64,000 bases of DNA from an uncultured Spirochaetota bacterium (GTDB lineage: Bacteria > Spirochaetota > Brevinematia > Brevinematales > JAOACQ01): contig CAWAOD010000014.1 in the NCBI GenBank assembly GCA_963783575.1, positions 1-64,000 of the forward strand, written 5' to 3'. Under the pieces are notes generated by a model. It searched no databases. It saw nothing but the letters and a program-made list of their open reading frames with translations, and was not told the DNA's origin. Shown one piece after another: positions 30,591 to 43,900 of the stretch. How positions within the stretch are numbered: the first letter of the stretch is position 1; each line of letters starts with the position of its first letter. Both the position numbers and the translations under genes were made by a program.

Positions 30591-33500
30591 TTAGTAAGTA
30601 GTCGCAGCTACTGAACTAATACTTACGGTAACCGCGACAAAAACTCCATTCCCGTAGGCTAATGAAAACCAGTCGGCTGATTTTGGAAGAGCTTGTGCCG
30701 TCCAAGTTATTCCGTCGGGAGAACTCGCCGCCCTTATACTAGGACCCATAGAAACTGCGACAAAATGTCCGTTGCCATAGATTACCGAAGACCAGTTAGC
30801 GGAGCTAGGAAGGGTTCGGGCTGTCCAGTTTATCCCGTCGGGAGATGTCGCCGCATTCGCGCCTCCCTCGGAAATCACCACAAAATTCCCGTTACCATAT
30901 GTGACTGAAGACCAGACAGAGGCGCTAGGAAGAGTTCTGGGAGTCCAGTTAATACCGTCGGGAGATGTCGCCGCAGTCGCGGTGCTATATGCGATAGCCA
31001 CAAAAAGTCCATTCCCGTAAGTTACTGAAAACCAGTTAACTGCGTTCGGAAGAGTTCTAAGAGTCCAGTTAATACCGTCGGGAGATGTCGCCGCAGTCGT
31101 GCTGTTAAATGCGATAGCCACAAAAAGTCCATTCCCGTATGTGACTGAAGACCAGACAGAGGCGCTAGGAAGGGTTCTGGGAGTCCAGTTAATACCGTCG
31201 GGGGAAGTCATAACGGTTGTGCTGTTATATGCTACAGCTACAAAAAGTCCATTTCCGTATGTTATTGAAGACCAATTCGCAGTGCTGCTTGGGAGGGTTC
31301 GGGCAGTCCAGTTTATACCGTCGGGAGATGTCGCTGTCACAGAGATGTTATTTGCGACAGCTACAAAAAGTCCGTTCCCATAGGTTACTGAATACCAATC
31401 GGCAGATCTCGGCAGGGTTTGGGCAGTCCAGCTCAAAACCATCCAGAAAGCATAGACTGTAATATTTGTTTTAACCTCCGTACCTGATAAGAACTCTGTT
31501 CCGCCGCCGTTCGGTGCCGTATACCACCCACTGAAGTAATAACCCGCTTTAACCGGCATTGCCGGTAGCGTAACGACATTTGTCGCGGGCGCTGTAACAG
31601 TAATACTTTGCGGACTAGCCGGAGTATCCGCTCCTTGGCTGTCAAAAGTTACAGTATAAGAATTAATAGTCCATACCGCGTATAGGATAATGTCGGATGT
31701 ACCCATTTGAAAGGCATTAACAAGAGTTAGCGGGTAGACGGTACCAGTCCCGTCGGCCTTCGTATTCCAGCCTGTGAGGGTATACCCTGTTCTGAATAAT
31801 CCCCCCGGATTGCCGGGAAGAGTAATAAAATCTCCCTGCTGATATTTTGTATTATCAACCGGTACGCTTCCGCCGGTCGCTCCGCTAGCGATGAAAGTAA
31901 CAGTATATGTGGGATTTTGAGTCCAAACCGCGTAAAGAGTGACATTGGCCGAGGCCGATCATGAATGTCGCTCCGCCTGAATAAGAGGTTCCAGTCCCAT
32001 CGGCTTTAGTGTTCCAGCCTGCGAATGAATAACCTGGGTTGACCATTCCTCCATTATTCCCCAGTACCGTAACTGATAATCCTGGTATATAATTGTTGCC
32101 GTCGGTCGGGGCGCTGCCGCCACTCCCGGTAGCAATATAAGTAACGGTATATGTCGGATTTTGGGTCCATACCGCGTAAAGGTTAACATTGGCCGAACCC
32201 ATAGTGAATGTCGCCCCGCCGGCGTAGCCGGTTCCAGTCCCGTCGGCTTTTGTATTCCAGCCCGCGAATGAATAACCAGTTCTAACAAGACCGTTAATAT
32301 TACCAAGCGAAGTGACTGTTGCTCCTGCAAGGTAATTGTTATTATCATTCGGTACTCCTCCACTTGTCGCTCCGTTTGCAATATAAATAACATTGTAGAC
32401 GTGCTTTTGGGTCCATATAGCGTAAAACGTGATGCCAGACGAACCCATCGTGAATATTGACCCGCCTGTATAAGCGGTACCTGTGCCATCGGCTTTAGTA
32501 TTCCAGCCGGCAAAGTAATAACCGGGATTAACCATACCACCGTTGTTGCCCAGCACGGTGACTGATGCCCCCTGTATGTAGTTGTTACCGTCGGTAGGTG
32601 CGCTTCCACTAGTCCCGGTAGCGACATAAGTAACGGTATAAGTTGGATTTTGTGTCCAAACCGCGTATAGGTTAACATTGGCTGAACCCATTGTGAATGT
32701 TGATCCTCCTGCAAAAGCGCTCCCTGTCCCGTCGGCTTTAGTATTCCAGCCGATGAACGTATAACCTGTTCTCACCAGGTTTCCTGCGTTATAGGAAATA
32801 GTTACTGTCGCTCCCTGCAGGTAATTGTTGTTGTCTGACGGAACACTTCCACCGGTTGCTCCGTTTGCAATATAAATAACATTGTAGACATGCTTTTGAC
32901 TCCATACCGCATAGAGGTTAACGTTGGCAGAACCCATAGTGAATATTGATCCGCCTGCAAAAGAGGTTCCAGTTCCGTCGGCTTTAGTATTCCAGCCCGC
33001 GAAATAATAACCCGGGTTGACCATTCCTCCATTATTCCCCAGCACCGTGACCGATGCCCCAAGTAAGTATTTGTTACCATCCGTCGGGGCGTTTCCGCCG
33101 GTCGCTCCGTTCGTGTAATATGTTACCGTGTAAGCGGAAATAATATAGCTGTTAGTGACGGTATCCGAATCATTATAGCCTGTTCGTACGGCCTTTGCCA
33201 TTACTGTTGTATTGGAAGAGATAAAGACGGTATTCGACTGGCTGGAATTCCAGGTGTTCCCGCTGTCTATAGACCAGAGAATCGCGGATCCGGCAGTAGG
33301 GCATGAAAACGACAGGTTGAAAGGAGCGGCATAACTGCCCCCGGGAACGCTGAAAATGGGGTTCGCTGTTTTTCCTGCTGTTGAATAAGCGTAAACGGCC
33401 ATGTGGGAAGTCGTCCAATTTGATATATATGCCCTTGCGCTGATGATGTTGGTTCCCGGTAGCGTGAATACTTCGTAATAAAGCGTTGAGAGCATATTAG

Positions 33501-34452
33501 GGGTCGAACCGTCCAGGGTATAATAAATACTCGCGCCGGACGAAGCGCAGTCGATAGAAATATATTTTCCGTTTATATTGTCGATCAACGTGAAGACCGG
33601 ATCACAGACCACTCCCGTAACAGTGAAAGACTGGGTTATGATAGCTGAATTTGTCAGGCCGCTTTTAATTGCTATAGCCTTTATGACCATCGTTCCCGCC
33701 GAAATAGGTATGGCTGCGGAATAAGCCTTGGAAGTTGCCGTTGGGGTGGATCCATTGGTAGTATAACGGACTGTGGCACCGGAAGTCTGGCTTTTCAGCT
33801 GTACGCTTATATTGGTATTGTAAAACCCAGCAACGGGGCTGAAACCCGGTTCTCCGGCATTCCCGGGTGAAGGCGCCGGCTGAAAATAATAAGTTGCCTT
33901 AATGACCCTGGAATCACCCATACCGCTTGTAACCGCAATCGCCTGGACTGTCACGGTTCCGTTCGAAAGAGCCAGGGTTCCCAGTACCGGTGAAGAAGCC
34001 GTAGGTATTGTGCCATTTGTAGTGTAGTGGATAACTGCTCCGGTGGTAGTGCTCTTTATCTGTATTGTCTTAGGAACGCTGTAAGTGCCCTCGACCGGGT
34101 TGAAGATCGGATCAACTGTATACTGCTGGGAGGAAAGCACCAAAGCTTTCATCTGGCTTAAACTTCCGGATATCGTACCTGTTTTTGCAAGCGTTTTGTT
34201 CGATAAGCTATCAGGCACAACGGGATATCCCCAGAAATAAACCTCGCCGACCCAGTTAGCTGAATCGTCTGCCCAGAACGGGCTGGTATTGGTATATACA
34301 TCTGTACTTGATGAAAAACCGCTCGAATCGACAGAGGGTGAATTCGGGGTACTATTGGGTGAATGATTAAAAAGCTGGCAGCTCGACAATATCACAAAGA
34401 TCGCACAGGTCAAAATTAAAGCGGTAAAAACAAAGGAAAATTTTAATTTCAT
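30591..34452 (-). CDS. Large surface lipoprotein: chitobiase/Fn3-associated domains, InlB B-type (Flg_new) repeats and C-terminal beta-propeller; frameshifts at about 31720-31960
   Basis: RBS GGAGG, lipobox LSSC; IHYTTNGTIPT motifs; repeated FAGWNTKADGTGT; 40-aa WxSVTYGNGLFVAV...TSPDGINWT repeats. Confidence 0.85.
30600..31432 (-). repeat. Tandem intragenic repeats of about 120 bp (seven propeller blades)
   Basis: GTCCAGTTAATACCGTCGGG recurs at 120-bp period; 30901-30962 nearly identical to 31141-31202. Confidence 0.9.
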
Positions 34453-34600
34453 AAACAATCCTCCCGATAATTTTTATTATGGAAAAGTTATAAAACAATA
34501 TTTATTTTTTGTCAAAAATTTAATTGATAATCATTTCATAATTCTTAACCCCAACCAATAAAAAGACTTCAAAAGAATTTTACTGGTGCGGTCTGGTATT

Positions 34601-34776
34601 AAAACTGTATATGCTGTAATTAGCGGAAATGGTGATTTTTGTTGTTATTGAACAGGTTATATTGAAGTCCATGGATTTTTGTTGTTATCAATGTATTCCT
34701 TCTAGAAATATCAGAATAATTTTGCAATTTTTATGACTCTCTAATATCCTATTCTTGGTTGGAATTATAGAAATTC
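34601..34776 (+). repeat. Dispersed non-coding repeat, copy 2 (copy 1 at 10772-10942)
   Basis: Collinear similarity to 10772-10942. Confidence 0.8.
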
Positions 34777-34800
34777 ATATCAATAATAATAGGAGGCGCT

Positions 34801-36060
34801 GTGACCAACGGCGAAGTAAAATTATATCCCTCTAGATGGGTTGCTCTTATCGCTTTCATGTTGATCAATGTAATGGTACAGATCCTCTGGATCTGCTATG
34901 CACCTGTGGCATCCCTGGCCGCGCATGCTTACGGAGTCAAGCGTGAAGATATCGATCTTCTCGCCAACCTGTTCATGATCATCTATCTGCCCGTGGCGAT
35001 CCCGGCTGCATGGGCCATCGACCATTTCGGCTTTAAAAAAGCGGTCGGATTCGGCGCAGCCCTCATGGCTGTTTTCGGCCTGCTCCGCGCCTTTTTCCCG
35101 ACCAATTATTCGATGGCGCTAATCAGCGCAATCGGTATATCCATCGGACAGCCATTCCTGTTGAACGCATTCACAAAAATGGCCACACTCTGGTTTCCCC
35201 AGAAACAGCGTGCCACGATAACCGGGCTTCTTTTCTTATCCCTGTTCCTCGGCATCGGACTGGGAGAAACATTGAGTCCGACATTGGTTCAAAATTTTAA
35301 ATTTCAAGGTATGCAGATGATCTATGGCGTGACAACTTTGATAATGGTAATTATTTTTCTGTTTTTTACTAAATCGAAGCCGCTTACTGCTGCCAGTCCT
35401 CCAGGAGAAGAGGTCCGTGCTCTTGTATTCGACGGATTAAAACAGATGTTGAAACAGAAGGACGTCTATTTTCTTTGCCTCGCTCTTTTTATCTGTAGCG
35501 GGATTGTCAATGGCGTTTTCACACTGATTGATGGCATTGGATCAGAGAAAATACTAACAACCCAACAGAGCGTCACCTTAACTGCTGTTCTGCTCATCGG
35601 CGGCATTGTCGGGAGCATTGTTTTGCCGGCCATTTCCGATGCTATCCGGAGGCGCAAACCTATCATTGTTACTGGAGTCTTGTTGTCTTTTCCGGCCACA
35701 ATCGCGTTGGTATTGTCCAAAGGCTTTTATCCGGAGATTTTTATTTTCTTTATTTTGGGATTCTGCGTTACAGGCTTAACTCCCGTAGCTTACCAATATG
35801 GAGCTGAGATCACGCATCCTGCTCCTGAGGGTACCAGTAATGGAATCTTCGCATTGATCGTTCAGGCATCCGGATTCCTTATCGTCCTGATGGACGGCCT
35901 GAAATCATCGTTTCACAACTCTTATCTGCCATCACTGTTCGGACTTGCGGTCCTTGCAGGTATCAGCGGGATCATCCTTCTATTCATCCGCGAATCACCG
36001 GAGATGCGCAGAAGGCAGGCTGCTCATAAGGTAAAAGTATTGAGTCCGTCCGAAAAGTGA
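34801..36060 (+). CDS. MFS transporter
   Basis: GTG after AGGAGG; WAIDHFGFKK, WFPQKQRA, ISDAIRRRKP; 12 TM helices. Confidence 0.92.
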   Translation: MTNGEVKLYPSRWVALIAFMLINVMVQILWICYAPVASLAAHAYGVKREDIDLLANLFMIIYLPVAIPAAWAIDHFGFKKAVGFGAALMAVFGLLRAFFPTNYSMALISAIGISIGQPFLLNAFTKMATLWFPQKQRATITGLLFLSLFLGIGLGETLSPTLVQNFKFQGMQMIYGVTTLIMVIIFLFFTKSKPLTAASPPGEEVRALVFDGLKQMLKQKDVYFLCLALFICSGIVNGVFTLIDGIGSEKILTTQQSVTLTAVLLIGGIVGSIVLPAISDAIRRRKPIIVTGVLLSFPATIALVLSKGFYPEIFIFFILGFCVTGLTPVAYQYGAEITHPAPEGTSNGIFALIVQASGFLIVLMDGLKSSFHNSYLPSLFGLAVLAGISGIILLFIRESPEMRRRQAAHKVKVLSPSEK

Positions 36061-36122
36061 AATATTCGATCACATTACAATGTGCTCTTCCTAATTTTTA
36101 AATTTAAGCTTTTAAAATAAAC

Positions 36123-36150
36123 ATCCCCGAGGCATAGCCTCGGGGAATTA
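36123..36150. terminator. GC-rich hairpin (terminator or REP-like)
   Basis: CCCCGAGGC-ATA-GCCTCGGGG after the MFS stop. Confidence 0.5.
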
Positions 36151-36516
36151 AAACCGTAGAGATTAAAATATTTTTAAGTTATATTTATGTACTTTTAGTG
36201 CAAAGTATTTAGTGTGGAAGTTGAGCCTAGAATAACTTTTAAAATAGCAGTTCCAGCTTTTACCTCTTATCCTGATTCAAATTAAAATCAGATAGGCAGT
36301 TTATTCAGTCAGTTGAGTATTTTGAAAAAAGTATGTGGATTCTTTTTAGTGATATTGATGAAGAAATTTAGTTAATAATAAAACTAAACATTGCGAACAA
36401 GAACTTATTCTTAAAGAAGTGCATCACGGTATAAAAACAATATGAAAACTATTAACAGCTTTCATAGATTTTCATGCTAAATCATTAAATGAGCCTTTTG
36501 CTATCGAGGCATTTCA

Positions 36517-36801
36517 TTATTCTAAATTTTCTATATAATGTTTAATTTGAGCATACGACCAGTGCAGTTGATCAATTAAATACAGTATAATCGGAATAGC
36601 TTCATCATTAACCCCAAAAATTTCTTTTAAATCTTTAATAAGCAATATTCTTGAGATATCTTCACTGTCTAAAAGTGCTTTTTTGATATCAACAGGGAGA
36701 ATCCACTCTCTTTCAATGCAATTAATTATGAAAATTTCATTAACTTCATATTGTTCGATAATTTCTTTAATCTCAAATATCTTTTTACTTTCCATATTCA
36801 T
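36517..36801 (-). CDS. cbpM: Chaperone modulator CbpM (MerR-like)
   Basis: LDSEDISRILLIKDLKEIFGVNDEAIPIILYLIDQLH; directly downstream of cbpA. Confidence 0.8.
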   Translation of the reverse strand: MNMESKKIFEIKEIIEQYEVNEIFIINCIEREWILPVDIKKALLDSEDISRILLIKDLKEIFGVNDEAIPIILYLIDQLHWSYAQIKHYIENLE

Positions 36802-36811
36802 CTCTCCTGGT

Positions 36812-37708
36812 TTACACTATTTTTCTAGGATTATATGGATGTTTTCTGCTCCAGTTTTTTATAAATTCATTGAATTCAGTATCGGTTTTTTCCGGCAGCG
36901 ATACCTTGATAATAACTATCTGGTCACCCCGGATTTTACTCATTACTTTAAGCATTCCTTTGCCCTTTACGCGGAATTTTGCCCCGGTATTCGTACCCGG
37001 AGGGATAATAATTGTGACTGAACCGTCAATTGTTGGAACCATAATTTTTGAGCCATTGACTGCCTCGTCAAGGCTTAACGAAATTTCGATTTCAAGATTA
37101 CTTCCGTTTATTTTGAAGATTTCGGAGGGCCTGATTGATATCTCGATATAAGCATCTCCCGGTTTGCCAGTGCCAATTCCCGGCCCGCCCCGGTCTTTAA
37201 TCCGCAATTTGTCTTTATCATGAATACCGGCTGGTATTTTAATCTTTAATTTATTACCATCAGACAAAATGATTTCTTTCTCACCTCCAATTATGGCATC
37301 CTTCAGGTCTATCATTAAACTATAGAGGTGATCCTGTCCGGGTAAATTCATATTACCGGCATTCCCTTTATAATTTGAGAAAAATGACTTAAAAAGTTCC
37401 TCCGTATCTGCATCAAAATGATTTGCATAGCGTCCTTTACCATTCTGAAAATTACTGTAAAATGGCCTTCCGCTGTCCGAAGCTTCAGTGAACTGCTCAT
37501 CATATAAACCTTTCTCGAATTTTTCACGTGCTTCTTTATTCTCAATTAATTTATATGCAAAGTTAAGCTCTTTAAATTTTGCTTCCCCTTCATTCTTATT
37601 GGGATTTAAGTCGGGATGATACTTTTTTGCGAGTATTCTATATACCTTTTTTATTTCTTCATCTGATGCATTTTTTGATACACCAAGAACTTCATATGGA
37701 TCTTTCAT
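36812..37708 (-). CDS. cbpA: DnaJ-class co-chaperone CbpA (no Zn finger)
   Basis: [18 protein letters not shown]-domain, DnaJ C-terminal domain. Confidence 0.88.
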   Translation of the reverse strand: MKDPYEVLGVSKNASDEEIKKVYRILAKKYHPDLNPNKNEGEAKFKELNFAYKLIENKEAREKFEKGLYDEQFTEASDSGRPFYSNFQNGKGRYANHFDADTEELFKSFFSNYKGNAGNMNLPGQDHLYSLMIDLKDAIIGGEKEIILSDGNKLKIKIPAGIHDKDKLRIKDRGGPGIGTGKPGDAYIEISIRPSEIFKINGSNLEIEISLSLDEAVNGSKIMVPTIDGSVTIIIPPGTNTGAKFRVKGKGMLKVMSKIRGDQIVIIKVSLPEKTDTEFNEFIKNWSRKHPYNPRKIV

Positions 37709-37992
37709 AGTTGCTCCATTAAATAGTTTTCCTAAACCTTTTTTTACAATCAACTTTTCTTTAAAGTTTTTAAGCTGGTTTTAATGCCTAATAGGAAATT
37801 ACTAATAGTAAAATTTCCCGTCCGGTTAAATTGTACTTAGGGAAGGAAAATACCGTAAATTTCACCTTGACTGAAAAAATATAATAAAAATAATAAAAAA
37901 TTTCAAGTACAATTAATAAATAATGAATCCTCAAAACCAAAAGATACCGGCAATTCTTTAAATACTTCAACTTGATATAGTATATACAAGTT

Positions 37993-40900
37993 TTACCTAT
38001 CTCCAATTATGATTTCTATATAATGTTCATTATGGTCATCATTTAACATTACACTCCGGTCTTCCTGTTCCACACCATCCTCAATAACACGAATCCCTTT
38101 GCCTGGATTTATTTGATGAAATGTCAGATGGTATACTGTTTCCCTAAAACGGTAATGAACTTTGAATTGTAACCATTCGGCAGGCAAACATGGCTTAAAT
38201 GACAATTTATTCACCTTCAGATCAAACCCAAGAACAGATTCAATAATTAATCTGTACATCCATGAGGCAGAACCGGTATACCAGGTCCAGCCTCCCTGTC
38301 CGATATGGGGCTTTGCACTATAAATATCCGCAGCCATAACAAAGGGCTCTACCCGGTAAATTCCGATCTTCTCCTGAGTTGAACCATGATTGACCGGATT
38401 GATCATTGAAAGCAATTCCTTTACTTTTTGTGTTTCTCCCATCCTTGCGAAAGCCATGACGGCCCATATAGCCGCATGAGTATATTGTCCGCCGTTTTCT
38501 CTGACGCCTGGAACATATCCCTTGATATATCCCGGTTCCTGGTTCGACTTATCAAATGGAGGGTCAAGCAGCAGAATCAGATCCTTTTCCGGATGAATCA
38601 ACCTGTCTTCAAGTGACCGCATAGCCTGTTTTGCTTTTTCGGGAGGCGCTATTCCCGACAGGACAGACCAGCTTTGTGCTATAGAGTCGATCTGGCATTC
38701 CTGATTTTGAATGGAACCCAGAGGAGTACCATCATCAAAAAAAGCCCTGCGGTACCATTCTCCATCCCAGAGATGGGTCTCGATATTCTGTTTTAAGTGT
38801 TCCTCTTCTAAAGCGCACTCTGCGGCAAAAGGCTTATCACTATTTATCCGGGCCAACGGAACGAATTGTTCCAGGACATAACAGAGGAAGAATGCCAGCC
38901 AGCCGCTCTCACCTTTACCTTTCGACCCTACCAGATTCATTCCGTCATTCCAGTCTCCGCTGCCCATCAAAGGCAGGCCATGCGGGCCATTCCGAAAAGC
39001 ATGCCGAATAGCCCTCTTGCAATGTTCATATAACGGAGCCTTCTCTTCAGACCTTACAGGAAGATCATAATAAGAATCTTCACCGGGGTTGAGAAGACGG
39101 CCTTCAAGGAATGGAATGGGTTCATCAAGAACTCCTGTATCTCCTGTCCGGACAACATAAGTACTGACAGCCAAGGGGAGCCAGAGATAATCATCTGATA
39201 TCAGTGTGCGTATGCCGCGTCCCTGAGGCGGATGCCACCAGTGCTGTACATCTCCCTCCAGGAATTGCCTGGAAGCGCAAAGCAGCAGGTGTTCCCGGAT
39301 AATACCGGGTTCGGCATAAACCAGGGCCATTACATCCTGCAGCTGATCCCTGAAACCGAAAGCTCCGCCGGACTGATAAAAGCCGCTTCAGCCCAGAGGC
39401 GCGCCGCCATAGTTTGATAAACCAGCCATCCGTTTGTTATCATATTCAAAGCCGGGTCGGGGGTTTCAACATTAATTGCACCCAGGGTATGATTCCAATA
39501 TTCCCAGACCATATCCCGGGCCTGGTATGCGGGCAGCGAACCGCGGAATTTCATTACAAGATTCCGTGCATCTTCAATATCCTTGCCGACTCCGAGAATG
39601 AATACAATCTCTTTTTCCTGTCCCGGCTCCAGCTCAAAAAACGCCTGTATTGACGCTGCGGGATCAGGCCGCTTCCGATTCTGCCTGAAAGCCTGACCCG
39701 GTGCATTGCCGCCGGGTCAGCCAGTGTACCGTTACGTCCTATAAATTCTGTTCTATCGCATGTAATACTGCGCCTGGCTTCATTTACTTCCAGAAATACT
39801 ACCCGGCCTGAGAATTCTGCATTATAGGGATTAACCGCAAAGATAGCCCCGGTCATGGGATCCATCTCTGTTCTGATATGCATCTGGTTATTGGACCTGT
39901 TTTCTCCCAGTACCAATTCCAGAAATGCAGTTGCCGATAACCTGCGTGTGATATTGGAGTCATTGCGTATCTTTAAAAGCCAGAATTTGACCGGCGCCTC
40001 CACATCAACATATATCCACAATTCCGACTTCAGGTCATAGACCGAGTATTCAAAAACACTGTATCCAAACCCGTGACGGTTAAGATAATCGTTTGATCCA
40101 GGGGCTGGCAGTGGTGTTGGAGACCAGAATCGTCCAGAGTTCTCATCCCTCAGGTACAATGCCTCTCCGCTGATGTCGCTAACCGGATCGTTATACCAGG
40201 GTGTAAGTCTGTACTCATGAGCATTTTCGAACCATGTATATCCTCCGCTTTGCGAAATCACAGAACCGAAATTCCTGTTTGCTATTATATTAACCCAGGG
40301 CATTGGGGTAGGTAAGCCGGGTTTGATCTGGATGATATATTCCCTGCCGTCATGGGTAAAACCGCCCCAGCCGTTAAAAAAGAGCAGATTTTCCTGTTTG
40401 AAGTTTTCTACACCTGATGAAACCCTTTCTTCACGGTTAACAACTAGTTTAGGAACATTTATCTCATTATGGATGGCATGCTGTATCTGATCCGCCAGTG
40501 TACCGCCGCTGTCGGTGAATATAACGCGTGCGGCCGTCTGCATCAAGATACGGTCTTCCTCCGCCATTTGCTCCGAGTGGCGAAGGAATATACCACCCGG
40601 TCTGTCAAAGGTTGAGGCTTCAGGCCCTGCGGAAATAAGACCGACAATCAGGTCATTGAGAGTTTGTCTATAGCCGGACCAGTCTTCATTCCATATAACC
40701 AGATCGGCTTTTAACCCCTTCAAGCGCCAGTATGCATGGGCCTGCAAAAGTTTGGCAGCCAGTTCGATCTTTGACTGATCACCAATCCGCAGCAGTACAA
40801 TGGGTAAATCCCCGGAAATACCGTAAGCCCACAAACCGGATTGGCCTCTTTTGTTTTTCATCATAATGGCAGGGTTAACCCTGTGGTTCGGATTGGTATA

Positions 40901-43900
40901 AAGAATTGAGCCGGCCAGACTGCTATATAATTGGGCATCGGCTTCTGTTATGTTCAATTGCAGAAGTGCTACTTTTCCATGTACCTGTGCCAGATCAAAA
41001 ACTCTGTCCGCAAGGCGGCGGTCCCTATATTTTTCAATCAACACCAGAGCCTCTTCACGTGTCTCAGCCATACCCGTGATAAATCCTGCTGTAATTGTTT
41101 CCCCCGGATTAAGGATCTGCTTGCAGCGTATGGAGACTATTGGATCCAGTACCGGTCCGGCTGTTCCGGAAAGAGGCCCGGCTTCTATAAAGGCCAGGGG
41201 ATTGTTGGCAGTCCGGCATCGTCCGATAAAGTTCAACCGATCTGTTTCAAAGGAAACTTCAGACGGAACATGTTCATTAATAACGAGAAGATGAAACATC
41301 CATGGCGGTTTTTCTTCCGGAGACCTGGGTCTTCGGCTGCAAAGAATTGCATAATAATCCTGAATGATCTCCGTTTGAACGAATAAATTGGAGAAAGCAG
41401 GATGAGCGGTTTCCTCAGATGGCTTGATTAAGACTACCTCAGCATAACTGGTTATTTCGATTGTTCGCGGTTTTACTGTAAAATTGCTCAGGCTGATACG
41501 CCTGTGTTCAATATCGTCTTCCGGCGAAACAGCAATTTCTGTGTAGGTATCTATACCCTGGTCCCTGCGCCGGAATTCAGCACGGGATTGTAAAAAGATG
41601 ACCTCGTAATTCTTCGGTTCAGTGAGTGCAGGCTGATATGCCGATGACCAAAGGTTTTCACCGGAGATATCATTGATGTAAATGAATGATCCGTAATGAT
41701 CTCTTGTTTGATCTTCGCTCCAGCGTGTGACTGAAAGATCGCGCCATCGGCTGTAACCGCCTCCTGCATTAGTTATCATTACATGATAATGCCCGTTGGA
41801 GAGCAGATGGACTTCAGGATATGGCGTAAATGGCGTATTAAAAATGCGGAGTAAATCTTCCTGTCCCGGAGATTCAGTTCGCGTTCTGTAGTGTTCCGAT
41901 GGCTGCAGAAGAAACGGGGCGACTTTCGGAACCCTTTCCTGAAGTAAAAGAACTGTGTTTTGAAATAGTGGATCGGATTTAAACCGTTTTATCATCAGAT
42001 TATCCGTAAAATAATTTACCAGGGAAAGAAAACTCATACCCTGGTGATGCGCCATGAATGACCGGATCAGGGCCTGGGGTTCTTCAGGAGACAACCGGCC
42101 CGGTGTGTAATCAATCGCCTCATAAAAACCATACCTGCCTTCGAATCCGTTTACTGTCAGCTTTTGCATATTGGAACAGGCTTCATCGGGTCTAATTAAC
42201 AAGGCCAGCGCTGAAGCATATGGCGCAATAACCAGGTCATTTTCCAATCCGCGTTTGAAACCCAGGCCAGGTACGCCAAAAGACCTGTATTGAAAGTTTA
42301 AGCCTGCATCTGTCATGTTTTCAGCAGATTCCGAAATACCCCATGGTACCCCCTGCATTCTGCCATAAACAATCTGGTAATCCACAATAGCCCGGCAGGT
42401 TTGACCAAGCAGAGTATTTTCAAATCCCGGCATGATCAGCTGCGGCATAAGGTATTCAAACATAGAACCGCCCCAGGAGAGAAGTATTGTTTTGCCTTTC
42501 CAGATTGTGACCAGGCGGCCCAGGGAAAACCAGTGTTCCACAGGCAGTTTGCCCTGAGCAATCCCGATGAAACTGGACAGTCTTGACTCGGACGCGAGTA
42601 GATCATAAAAACTGTCATCCCGTCTATGTTTGCTGACATCATAACCGATACTCAGCAAATTTCGTGAAGGGTCATATAGAAAATCATAGTCCTGGTCTGC
42701 CAGATTTTGACATTGTGCAGCCATCTTTTCCAGTTGTTTGATACGTTCCTGGGCCCTGTGGCTTCCCTGCCTTATCTGATATTCCAGTTTAAGAAGCGTG
42801 CCGGACTCCGCTGAGCCTGTCGAAGTGCCTGCCCCATATAATTCCTCACAGTCTTGCGATGATTTCTTTTCCAGCCCTTCTCCAAAAGACGGGTTAAAAT
42901 TTTTAATTTCTTTTTCAATAGAAGGCAGAAGTTCATTCAATTTCGCGATTTGAATCAATGATTGATTGATGTCTAGCTTCCGCAAACTCTTCAAACCGGT
43001 TCCCTCTCCATAATCGCCCATTGCCAGCCAGGGAGCCAGGAAAATCAAATCTTCCTGCTGACCGGCGCATTGACCCTCAACTGCCTGGAACCACCAATCC
43101 GATTCGGGACTGCTTTTATCTTTTGCCAGGACGTGCAGTTCATGTATTTGAATAATGATATCGTTTAAATATTTTAAGGTTTTGGAAAGCCCTGCCGGGC
43201 GCTGTTCAAGTTCCAGAATGTTTTCCATAAAATGATCCAGATGTTCCGCCAGAACAGACTTTTTGTTCAGGATTTTATCCGGTACAGGAATAAGCAGGTC
43301 ATAAAGTACATACATCGCATCGATTAATCCACTGAAAAATCGCTTTTGAAAGATTGGTTTATCTTTAAGTTCAAGCAGTCCGGACCTCAGGGTCAGTAAA
43401 TATCCCACGAGATTACCGCTGTCCACGGTAGAAATATACTGCGGTGGCAAAGGCTGAAGGCTTCGCGTATCGTACCAGTTAAAAAAATGTCCGTGGAATC
43501 TGGACATTCCTTCCATAGTCCTGAATGTTTTTTTGGTTTTATCGATAAATTGACCGGCTGACAGGTAACCAAGATCATAAGCGCCCATATTCGACAAAAG
43601 CATCAAACCGATATTAGTGGGGGAAGTCCTGTGCGCTGATATTTCCCTGGGTTCTTCCTGGTAATTATCAACCGGGAGCCAGTTTTCCCCGGGACCTGCG
43701 AAAGTTTCAAAATATCTCCAGGTTTTACGGCTAATTTTCCGCAGGAATCCAGTCTGCTTAACTGTCAAACTTACTTTTCGCCGGGGCATAGGTCTGCTGA
43801 TCCACCATGTTAGAATGGGGGAAAAAAACCAAAGCCCGGTCAAAACCCATGCATTCAGTATTCCTGTTTGTTTTTGTATGAAAAAAACGAAGCCCAATAA

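Noticed and set aside
31959..32714. 251-aa alternate-frame ORF and other short overlapping or antisense ORFs in the track
   Set aside because: Shadow frames of well-supported genes with no independent motifs or RBS
30600..33130. CRISPR-like periodic repeats
   Set aside because: Repeats are in-frame coding units of 120 and about 245 bp with no unique spacers, and no cas genes are present
36123..36150. IS200/IS605-type end hairpin
   Set aside because: No tnpA/tnpB nearby; position after the MFS stop is adequately explained as a terminator or REP
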